A stretch of DNA of 64,000 bases from an uncultured Candidatus Saccharibacteria bacterium. GTDB taxonomy: Bacteria; Patescibacteriota; Saccharimonadia; Saccharimonadales; Saccharimonadaceae. The position numbers and the translations under genes are program-made. The stretch is from assembly GCA_964401035.1 (NCBI GenBank), contig CAYNWV010000002.1, positions 6,316-70,315 of the forward strand. The letters run 5' to 3'. Of this stretch, positions 54,397-63,800 are shown in pieces. Position 1 is the first letter of the stretch; every line of letters starts with the position of its first letter. A model generated the notes under the pieces. It had not been told where the DNA came from. It saw nothing but the letters and a program-made list of their open reading frames with translations, and made no database searches.

Positions 54397-54400
54397 ATTT

Positions 54401-55780
54401 ATGGGTTTACTGTCCTGGATAACCGGAAAAGTCGAACAAACCAAACTCGCCAAACAACACGAAAAAAATATCGTCAAAGCCCACAAACGCTATTCGCGTT
54501 TTGGTCGTTTTGTCCGAGTGCTTGGCCCCGGCGTCGTGACGGGTGCGGCCGACGATGACCCAAGCGGTATCGCGACCTATTCGCAAGCTGGCGCTATCTA
54601 TGGCTATGGCTTATTGTGGCTATTTCCGATCATGTTTCCACTACTCCTGGCTGTCCAAGAATCCTGCGCCCGAATTGGTGCTGTCACTGGTGACGGCTTA
54701 GCGGCAATCTTGAGAAAGCATTATTCGAAAAAAGTGCTCATCGCCGCCGTCTTGCTCGTGGTCGTGGCAAATACGGTCAATATCGGCTCAGATCTCGCCG
54801 CCATGGCAGCAACTGTACAGCTATTTGCACCCAATGTGCCGTTTATCGGCCTGGCGATATTTTTTGCTATCTTGTGTATCGCACTGCAAATTTTTGTGCC
54901 ATACCGTCAGTATGCCAAATTTCTGAAATGGCTAGCTATCGCCCTGTTTGCGTATCCGGTGACAGCTTTTATCGTTGGGCAGCCGTGGGGCGAAGTGTTC
55001 AAGAGCACTTTTGTGCCAAATGTTCATATCGATAAAGATACGATTTATATCATTGTTGGCATACTTGGCACAACTATCAGCCCATACTTGTTCTTCTGGA
55101 ATACGAGTGAAGTTGTCGAGGATGAAGTCGAGAGCCATCGGATCATGATATCGTCGGGCAAGGGCACGCCGCGGATCAGCCGCAGTTTTATGCGCAAAAT
55201 CAAGCTAGATAATATTGCTGGCATGTCGCTAGCCACAGTTTCAGCGTGGTTTATTATCATCGCCTGCGCCAGTACATTGCACGTCAACGGCATCACGCAG
55301 ATCCAAAACGCCAATGATGCAGCAGCAGCCCTCGAACCACTTGTCCACGGTTTTCCGTACGCTGGCGTGCTGGCAAAGCTACTCTTTAGCGTCGGAATTA
55401 TTGGTATTGGCCTACTGGCCGTGCCGGTCCTAGCTGGGTCGTCGAGTTACGCTATTAGCGAGGCGCTCGGTCTCAAAGAAGGGCTGTATCGCAATTTCAG
55501 AAAAGCCCATGGCTTTTATACGATTATCGCCCTGGCAACTCTGGCCGGTCTTGTGATCAATTTCATCGGCATTGATCCTATCCAAGCGCTCATCTTTACC
55601 GCTGTCTTCAACGCTGTCGCCTCGGTACCGTTACTCTGGATGATTTTCCGGGTTGGCAACAACAAAGCCGTCATGGGTGACTACAAAAACAAATTTCTCA
55701 GCAATATCGGCGTCTTTGCAGCTTTTGTCCTAATGGCCATCGCCTCGCTGGTGCTTTTCTATTCGCTCATCCCACGGTAG
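54401..55780 (+). CDS. NRAMP-family divalent metal transporter
   Basis: GPGVVTGAADDDPSGIATYSQAGA N-terminal motif and about 11 TM helices. Confidence 0.8.
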   Translation: MGLLSWITGKVEQTKLAKQHEKNIVKAHKRYSRFGRFVRVLGPGVVTGAADDDPSGIATYSQAGAIYGYGLLWLFPIMFPLLLAVQESCARIGAVTGDGLAAILRKHYSKKVLIAAVLLVVVANTVNIGSDLAAMAATVQLFAPNVPFIGLAIFFAILCIALQIFVPYRQYAKFLKWLAIALFAYPVTAFIVGQPWGEVFKSTFVPNVHIDKDTIYIIVGILGTTISPYLFFWNTSEVVEDEVESHRIMISSGKGTPRISRSFMRKIKLDNIAGMSLATVSAWFIIIACASTLHVNGITQIQNANDAAAALEPLVHGFPYAGVLAKLLFSVGIIGIGLLAVPVLAGSSSYAISEALGLKEGLYRNFRKAHGFYTIIALATLAGLVINFIGIDPIQALIFTAVFNAVASVPLLWMIFRVGNNKAVMGDYKNKFLSNIGVFAAFVLMAIASLVLFYSLIPR

Positions 55781-55789
55781 AATGAGTCA

Positions 55790-57271
55790 GTGAAGACACC
55801 TCAATTCGAAACTCTTGTCCTCGACAAAATTGTCGGCGGCGGCCAAGCACTCGGCACACTGGCTGATGGCCGCAAAGCTTTCGTGTGGGGTGGACTACCG
55901 GGCGAACGTGTCACTATCGCCGTTACAAAACGCAAGTCAAAATTTGTCGAAGGTATCGTCACCGAAGTACTTGAGTCTTCGCTAGAGCGTGTCGAACCAC
56001 GCGATCCTGATACGTATCTCTCGACTAGCCCGTGGCAAATTATGAGTATGTCCGCCGAACAGCACTACAAATCCGCGCTGATCGAAGAAGCATTTGAGCT
56101 CCATGATATTGTGTTGCCACAGGCAATTGAGGTGTACACAAACGGCGTCGAATACGAGTACCGAAACAAAGCTGAATTTAGCTGGTATGGTCATATCGAC
56201 GAGTTATCTGGCGAAGAACGCCTCGATCTAGCATTTTTCCGACGCGGCACCAGCGGCAAAGTTATCATCGACAACTGCTCGCTGATGCACCCACACATCA
56301 TGCGCCTCGCGTACCAAATCCGAGATTATCTACAGGCCAAACAGGTTGCGGCGCGAGACCTGAAAACTCTTTTGATCCGCTGCGACCAAGCAGGCAACTG
56401 CGTCTGGCAGCTGTATGTCAAAGACAGGCACTTTTCATCTATTCACGAGGTAGCCGCCAAAGATTTCGACGCCCAGGGCGGGGAAGTTATCTACAGCGAT
56501 CCAAAAAGCCCCGCTAGTCGTATCACCAAACGACTTTTGGCAGCTGGAGACACTGTATTGACCGATACGATTTTCGGCGTTCCATTCCGTTATGCCACAG
56601 AAGGCTTTTTCCAGGTCAACCTGCCGGTGTATGAGCAAGCTTTGCGAGACATGGGGGGCGAGTTGGAAAGTTTGGAAGTTGGAAAGTTAGAAAGTAGTGA
56701 AGACACTGATAAGCGGGTGACACGAGGCGGGGCAGCACCCACTTTTAGCAGCGCCGCAGGCGATGTAAAAGAAGGGGCGGACCGAGTGGCGGGACCCGCG
56801 TCTAGCGACCTACGTGCCACCGCAGGTGGTAACGACGGGAGCGGGGATAAGCGCGTTATAGATCTCTATTCTGGTGTCGGTTCAATCGGCCTGACGATCG
56901 GCGGCGATACTGTCACACTTGTCGAGATCAATGAAGACGCCGTAAGAGAGATGAGGCAGAACATCACAATGCTCGGCACAAACGCAACCGCTGTCCTAGC
57001 CCCAACGGAGAAAGCCCTCGAATACATTACGGCTGACAGTGTCGTTATCGTCGATCCGCCGCGCGCTGGCATACACCACGATGTCATCACACGCTTACTC
57101 GAAGTGAAACCAGAGCGCATCATTTACCTCAGCTGTAACCCCGTCACGCAAGCCCGCGACATCGCGCTGCTTGCGAGCGAATACGGCATCGGAAAACACC
57201 GCGGCTACAACTTCTTCCCGCGCACGCCTCATATCGAACACCTCGTCATACTCCACAGAGCCAAGTCGTAG
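55790..57271 (+). CDS. RNA (uracil-C5)-methyltransferase, RlmD/TrmA family, with a ~67-aa insertion
   Basis: GTG start. N-terminal TRAM-like domain. FFQVN, DLYSGVGSIGL (motif I), VDPPRAG (motif IV), YLSCNP. Confidence 0.8.
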   Translation: MKTPQFETLVLDKIVGGGQALGTLADGRKAFVWGGLPGERVTIAVTKRKSKFVEGIVTEVLESSLERVEPRDPDTYLSTSPWQIMSMSAEQHYKSALIEEAFELHDIVLPQAIEVYTNGVEYEYRNKAEFSWYGHIDELSGEERLDLAFFRRGTSGKVIIDNCSLMHPHIMRLAYQIRDYLQAKQVAARDLKTLLIRCDQAGNCVWQLYVKDRHFSSIHEVAAKDFDAQGGEVIYSDPKSPASRITKRLLAAGDTVLTDTIFGVPFRYATEGFFQVNLPVYEQALRDMGGELESLEVGKLESSEDTDKRVTRGGAAPTFSSAAGDVKEGADRVAGPASSDLRATAGGNDGSGDKRVIDLYSGVGSIGLTIGGDTVTLVEINEDAVREMRQNITMLGTNATAVLAPTEKALEYITADSVVIVDPPRAGIHHDVITRLLEVKPERIIYLSCNPVTQARDIALLASEYGIGKHRGYNFFPRTPHIEHLVILHRAKS

Positions 57272-57326
57272 CGTACCGATAAAATAATAGTCTTTAGTTT
57301 GTGCTACATTTTGCTACAATAAGGTC

Positions 57327-58940
57327 ATGGTTAAGTATAGACGGGACATCGGATTTACTATTGTTGAAATTTCGGTTGTCATCGTCATCCTCGGCATACT
57401 CGTCAGCCTCGTACTGGTCGCATTTACACGAGTCCAGGTCAACGCTCGGGACTCAGTGCGCTCCACCCGGGCAACTGTCATCGCCGATGCGCTCGAAAAA
57501 TATTACGACAAAAACGGTGAATACCCGGCCTGTGCCACGCTTTCTCAGTCAGCGAGCACAGTCAACTCGACTGTCCTATCTGGCGTTGGCGAGACAACGC
57601 TTCTCACCCCAAAAAGTGCCAGTGGCGACACAAACTCTATTAAGTGTTCTGATCTGACAAGTGCATCCTCGCCCGATATTTTTGCCTATGTCGGCGATAC
57701 AAGTACCGGTTGTACAACTGGCGCCGCCTGTATTAGCTGGACGCTCAAATACACCGAAGAAGGTAGCAGCACTATCAAGCAAATCGACAGTCGACGCCGC
57801 GCACTTGTCGCCGTGTCCGGCGCACCGACCTTGACAGCAGGAGCACCTGGTTTCGACCAAGTCAGCCTCAGCTGGACATCAGTAGCAAACGCAACTTCAT
57901 ATCAGGTACAACGGGCAACAAACGCCGGATTTACCACTGGTGTTGTCAATAGTACCGTTATCGGATCTTCATTCTCTGACACTGGCCTGACGACAAATAC
58001 AGCCTACTACTTCCGAGTACTGGCGAATGCTCCAGGTAGCCAGGGTGCGTGGTCAAATGTCGTCAACACGACCACTAATAGCGTACCGACACCGGTCGTC
58101 ACCGCCACAGCAACCTCGAACACGACCTTTACGTCTTCGTGGCCAGCCATTTCGGGTGCCACCAGCTACAATGTACAGTATTCCACCGATAACGCTACCT
58201 GGAACCCATCATCAAGTACAACAGCCACCAGCTATAACTGGGGACCTACCTACCAGGGAACTCGGCTCTACTTCCGTACTCAGGCCGTCAATGGCGCCTT
58301 TACTTCGGCCTGGTCAGCATCGGCTACCGCGCTGAGCAATATCGATGCACCAGCAGCTTACACTGTCAGCCAGGCAAACTCGCTCGCTGGTGGATGGAAC
58401 GCACTCTACGCCACAAGCAATGCAACCTGTCCAGCTGGTACGACACCGAGTTACGACTGGTACCGGAATATCAACGGCAATAACGCTTTTTGGGTCAGCG
58501 GCACACAGTACCAAACTGTCTCGCACTGGCTAAGCTGGAATGAAACCGCTACTCTCACTGTTGCCACACGTTGCATTACTGCGGCAAACTCTAGTGGATT
58601 TATCTGGGCAAATAACGGCGCTTCGATGTCGCTGCCATGGCCAACTGCTTGGACGGCCGGTCTCTCAAACCGCGTCATGAGCTGGGGTGGTACCTGTCCA
58701 AATTATACGACATCCTCTGGCTACGACTGGTTCGTCATGGCCAACCGCGGTGGCTGGTCAGCTAGCGGCTCCTATGTGCAATATACATCGTATAGCAATC
58801 AGGCGGTTGCCTGGGGTGATGGCGATATTCGTGTCACACTACATTGTCAGGGTCCATGGGGTGATGCAACAGTAGGCGCCTGGTACACTTACGGCTATGG
58901 CTGTGTTCCAACAATAACAACTTCGTGGTGTACCTATTAG
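57327..58940 (+). CDS. large type IV pilin-like protein with two fibronectin type III domains
   Basis: MVKYRRDIG/FTIVEISVVIVILGIL class III signal. Two Fn3-like units (LSWTSVANATSYQVQR..YYFRV; SSWPAISGATSYNVQY..LYFRTQAV). TGcTACAAT lies 6 nt upstream of the ATG. Confidence 0.8.
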   Translation: MVKYRRDIGFTIVEISVVIVILGILVSLVLVAFTRVQVNARDSVRSTRATVIADALEKYYDKNGEYPACATLSQSASTVNSTVLSGVGETTLLTPKSASGDTNSIKCSDLTSASSPDIFAYVGDTSTGCTTGAACISWTLKYTEEGSSTIKQIDSRRRALVAVSGAPTLTAGAPGFDQVSLSWTSVANATSYQVQRATNAGFTTGVVNSTVIGSSFSDTGLTTNTAYYFRVLANAPGSQGAWSNVVNTTTNSVPTPVVTATATSNTTFTSSWPAISGATSYNVQYSTDNATWNPSSSTTATSYNWGPTYQGTRLYFRTQAVNGAFTSAWSASATALSNIDAPAAYTVSQANSLAGGWNALYATSNATCPAGTTPSYDWYRNINGNNAFWVSGTQYQTVSHWLSWNETATLTVATRCITAANSSGFIWANNGASMSLPWPTAWTAGLSNRVMSWGGTCPNYTTSSGYDWFVMANRGGWSASGSYVQYTSYSNQAVAWGDGDIRVTLHCQGPWGDATVGAWYTYGYGCVPTITTSWCTY

Positions 58941-58949
58941 GAGGCATCG

Positions 58950-59816
58950 ATGAACCAGCATCCGTATCAATTTCAGCCTCAACCACAGCGTTCTCACGGC
59001 AAACTTATCCTACGCGTTCTTATTGGGCTAGCGGTAATTGTCGCGTCAGCAGTGATCACCGTGTTGCTCATCAAGTTTTTCTATAAAACACCCACCCCTG
59101 TAGCGCCCGCCGTCAAAGAGCTTAGTTCGGCCGAGATGGTCAAAAAATACAAAGATGAGCACAAACTCGAGGGCTACGCGCTAAACACGTCGATGAACGA
59201 TTCTATCATCCCCTACAAATTGAGCGAGACACCCTACGCCGTTCAGGTCAGCGCCATCGATACGGTGCAGTTCACGCGTACCGAAAACTCCACGGCAGAT
59301 GATATTACAAAGGCCGCCAGTGATAGCAAAGCGTTTCTGACTACCAATGGGCTCAAATTGGCTGATCATCAGCCAGCAAAAGACACGAACTGGGTGGTCT
59401 ATGATGGCCAGCAGACAGTCTGTAAAACCTATAGCTCCCTCCATCCAGACAAGAAAGTCTCGTCCTACGGCCTCGTCTGCACCGACAAGAAGGCCATTGT
59501 AGCCGAACGCGACAGTATCAAGGCTCTTCTCGACCTCTACACCAAGACCGGCACACATGCAGATTTTAGTAGTATTGTTCAGACCATCCATAGTGAAGGT
59601 AACAAGCGACTTAGTCTACTATCAGCCGCACCGACCGATACCACTAAACCACCCGTGACGCTGATCTTTGCCAGTATCGACGGCACGTGGTCATATGTCG
59701 GCACGCGCGTCACACCATCAATCGATGTCGAAAGTAGCTTTGTTATCCCCGACGATCTCAAAAAAGCTATCAGCGATCCAAAATACGACGGCTTTCTCCT
59801 TAAGTATGTTCACTAG
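58950..59816 (+). CDS. hypothetical membrane-anchored protein
   Basis: GGAGG RBS. Single N-terminal TM LRVLIGLAVIVASAVITVLLI. Lies between two pilin-like genes. Confidence 0.65.
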   Translation: MNQHPYQFQPQPQRSHGKLILRVLIGLAVIVASAVITVLLIKFFYKTPTPVAPAVKELSSAEMVKKYKDEHKLEGYALNTSMNDSIIPYKLSETPYAVQVSAIDTVQFTRTENSTADDITKAASDSKAFLTTNGLKLADHQPAKDTNWVVYDGQQTVCKTYSSLHPDKKVSSYGLVCTDKKAIVAERDSIKALLDLYTKTGTHADFSSIVQTIHSEGNKRLSLLSAAPTDTTKPPVTLIFASIDGTWSYVGTRVTPSIDVESSFVIPDDLKKAISDPKYDGFLLKYVH

Positions 59817-59840
59817 TTCCAATATTTTTGGTCGTGTACG

Positions 59841-60299
59841 ATGATGCATAAAAAAATGCGCGGCTTTACTGTCATCGAAGTTGCGACAGTCGTTGTAATC
59901 TTGGCAATTCTAGTAACGATTTCACTCGTCGTATTTCAAAATATCCAGCGACAATCCCGTGATTCAACCCGGCAGTCCGACGTACTCAAACTGCAAGCGG
60001 CCGTCGAACGCTATATAGCCGAGAACTCCGAAGCACCTTGGCCAGCCAGTGGCTACGACAAAGGCACCGGCTACGATATCGCCATCATAACGTCGATGCT
60101 CGTACCGCGATATATCGAAGAACTACCGACTCCACCACAGCCAAATACGATGGGTTACTACCGCTATATCGTCGATGATACGACACCAACCAAATGGTCA
60201 ATCGAAGTTCGTAACGAAGCCTCTCCAGTCTGTCAAATCGGTAACCGGCCGAACCTCACATGGTGGAATAATGCGCCATTGTGCCGCTATGGCAACTAG
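59841..60299 (+). CDS. type IV pilin-like protein
   Basis: MMHKKMRG/FTVIEVATVVVILAILVTISLV class III signal. Confidence 0.8.
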   Translation: MMHKKMRGFTVIEVATVVVILAILVTISLVVFQNIQRQSRDSTRQSDVLKLQAAVERYIAENSEAPWPASGYDKGTGYDIAIITSMLVPRYIEELPTPPQPNTMGYYRYIVDDTTPTKWSIEVRNEASPVCQIGNRPNLTWWNNAPLCRYGN

Positions 60300-60784
60300 C
60301 TTGTCATAATCCGTCGATAGGTGAACTTTACGCTCGGGCGCCAGCCGCCATGGGCATCATGATCGGCCTGATAAATCGTACCGTCTTTTACTTCGTGAAT
60401 CTGGATGAGCGCTGGGCAATAGGGTGCCAGTGTGCGATAAAATACCAGGTCAGCGTCAGTCACATGATCGCGTCCCGGAAATACTTCGCGAAATTTTTCG
60501 CGGCCGAAATCTTCAAAATAATGTGGCCGTCCTTTGGGCGGAAAGTATGTCTCGGCTTTGAGCCCCATGCGTGCCACAATCTTTTTGACATCACTATAGA
60601 GTAAGCGCGATGGGCCATGGATAAAGCACATCAGCTGTTTTTTCTTGGTCAGATAGACAGTCGCCCGCGCTGACTTCGAGACGTCGGCATTGCGCACGAT
60701 CACGGTATCGACTTCGAGCGGCACACCGAACCTGTCCCTCGCCTCGCGCTCGAGGGCAAAATCATCAAAGATGTCGCCATTCAT
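60296..60784 (-). CDS. hypothetical protein (162 aa)
   Basis: Uninterrupted ORF with host-like composition. Convergent 4-bp overlap with the pilin gene. No family recognised. Confidence 0.55.
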   Translation of the reverse strand: MNGDIFDDFALEREARDRFGVPLEVDTVIVRNADVSKSARATVYLTKKKQLMCFIHGPSRLLYSDVKKIVARMGLKAETYFPPKGRPHYFEDFGREKFREVFPGRDHVTDADLVFYRTLAPYCPALIQIHEVKDGTIYQADHDAHGGWRPSVKFTYRRIMTS

Positions 60785-60826
60785 ACCGTCATTATACCAC
60801 CAGAGTACGCTACAATAGACTAAGCA

Positions 60827-63800
60827 ATGAACTATAGAGAGCGGTATAAGCAGCTAAATACTCGTCAGAAACAAGCTGTCGACACGATCGATGGCCCATT
60901 ACTCGTGATCGCGGGACCCGGCACCGGCAAGACCGAGCTGCTCAGTATGCGAACTGCCACTATCTTAGATCGCACGGATACACTGCCAGAAAATATCTTG
61001 CTGCTGACATTTACTGACAGCGGCGCCAATGCTATGCGTGAGCGCCTGGCTAGCATCATCGGTCCCGATGCCTACCGCGTTGCTATTCACACGTTTCATA
61101 GTTTTGGTTCGGAAATTATCAATCAACACCGCGAATATTTTTATAATGGCGCCAGTCTGCAGCCAGCCGATGAAATAACCAGTCGTGAAATACTGACCAA
61201 AATTTTCGATGAGCTGGACTACGCCAATGTACTGGCCGCAAAACACAATGGAAAATACGCCCACCTAGAAGATGCGCTGCGGACAATTTCCGAATTAAAA
61301 AACAGCGGCTTAACGAGTGATGAGCTGGTGACAATTCTTGATGCCAACCAAGCCGTGCTCGATGCCGTCGAAGCCGACTTGTCAGAGGTTTTTCAGGCAA
61401 AAATCAGCACAACCATGCTCGCGTCACTCGTGCCACTCGCTGAGCGCGTGGCTGCACTCGCACAGCCGTCATTGCCACCCGGCATTACACCGTTGTCCAA
61501 TATTCTAGCGCTCAGTATGGCGCACGCTTTTGACGAAGCTGTCCAAACTGGCAAGACAAATGCTATCACTGTCTGGCGCAATCAATGGATGGAAAAAAAT
61601 CACGACGGCATACAGGTATTTAAGGACCGCAAACGTATCACGAAACTGCGCGCCATCAGCTATATCTACTACTTGTATCTCACGCGCATGACCGAAGCTA
61701 GCCTGTATGACTACGACGATATGATCCTCAATGTTGTTCACGCGCTCGAAACACATGACGACCTGCGCTACAACCTCCAGGAGCGCTACCAGTATATTTT
61801 GGTCGACGAATTTCAAGATACGAACCTGGCGCAGCTACGTATTTTGTTTGACCTGACGAACAACCCAGCGCACGAAGGTCGGCCAAATATCATGGCGGTC
61901 GGTGACGACGACCAGGCAATTTATAGTTTTCAGGGCGCTGATATCAACAATATTCACCGGTTTCGCGATCAATACCCCGCACATGAAATTGTCGTTCTAA
62001 CCGACAATTATCGCTCTGGCCAAGCTGTCCTATCCCAGGCTCGTTCGGTGATTTTACAGGGGCAGGGCAGACTAGAAGAAACTATCGACTTCGTCGACAA
62101 GACGCTGACGCCACATAGTGGGGAAGCTTCGGTTGCGCTATGGCAGTTCGATACGCCGCTCGATGAACGCGCTTGGATTGCCCGCGACATCCAGGAGCAG
62201 CTCCAGCGAGGCGTTGCTCCCGAATCAATTACAGTCTTAGCGCGTCGTCACCAAGAGCTCATTGCCCTGGTACCATACCTCGAGCGGCTGGGTATTGCTA
62301 TCAACTACGAACGTCGTGACAATGTACTCGAAAATGAAGCCGTGCGATTACTATTTCTGATGTCAGCTATTTTGACGGCGCTGTGGGGTGATGATAATTC
62401 GGTAGCCGACAGTTTGCTGCCAGAGCTATTATCTCAACCAATTTATAATTTTAGCGCTGAAGCAATCTGGCGACTCAGCCTCGGCGCTCACCGCAACAAT
62501 CAGCGCTTGTTCGAGGCCATGCTACTAACTCCTGAGTTTACGCCACTTGCTACGTGGTTGCTCGAGCTTCGTAAACTCGCCGACAGCGCCTATTTGGAGC
62601 AGATGCTCGACACGCTCATTGGTGCTCCCGATACGCCAGTTATAGCGAGTTTTCGCTCGCCGCTCTATGACTATTACTTTAGCCCAGAGCGCTTAGCGGG
62701 GGAACCTTCCCGCTATCTGGAATACCTCGAAGCCATCCGCACCATTCGCGCCAAGTTACGTGACTATAGCGCTAGCGAGATTTTATATATTCAAGATTTT
62801 TTGGACTTTGTGCGACTGTATGAAGAACTTGGTTCGAGTATTACGACGCTCCGACGCCATAGCGACAAGCTAGGGGGCAGTGTCAATCTGATGACCGCGC
62901 ATAAATCAAAAGGTCTCGAGTTCGATCATGTCTATATTATGAATGCTGTTGATTCGGTCTGGGGCGAACGCGTCCGAACCCGTAGCCGCTTGATCGGCTA
63001 CCCAGAAAACCTGCAGATTGCGCCGGCCGGCGATAGCTATGATGAACGGTTGCGACTGTTTTTTGTCGCTATGACACGCGCCAAAAAGCAGCTATCGATT
63101 TCGTACTCAACCAGTGACGAAGTCGGTAAATCGACCCTGCTCGCGAGCTTTCTCGCCGACGATACCCTCAGTGTACAGATCCCAGCCACGCCTTCGATTG
63201 AGCACGAAACACAAGTGCTCACGACCGATTGGCGTAGCCTACATACGGCACCGCCAACGGCATCGATGCGTGAGTTATTGGCACCGACGCTCGAAACCTA
63301 CAAACTTTCGGCTACACATCTCGGTACTTTCATCGACGTCACCCGCGGTGGACCAGCCAACTTCTTAATGCGTAACCTTCTCCGGTTCCCACAGGCAAAA
63401 TCACCCGAAGCCAGTTACGGCACTGCTGTCCATGCTACGTTGCAACGTGCGCACAATACTTTTACGGCCAATGGTATTCGGCGACCCGTCGAAGATATTT
63501 TGCATGATTTTGAACACGAGCTCGAACGTCAACATCTGCAGCCCGACGACGAAAAACAGTTCACAAAGCGCGGTATCGATGCGCTGACAAAATTCCTCGA
63601 AGTCGAGTATGGAAATTTCTCAAGAACCCAAAAAACTGAGCTAGGTTTTGGCGAGCAAGGGGTTGTATTAGACGGTGCCAAGCTCACTGGTTCGCTCGAT
63701 CTCGTCACGATCAATGACAAATCGATTCGTGTGGTTGATTACAAAACTGGCGCACCCAGCCGCGAGTGGCGGGGTAGTACCGAATACGAAAAGATCAAAC

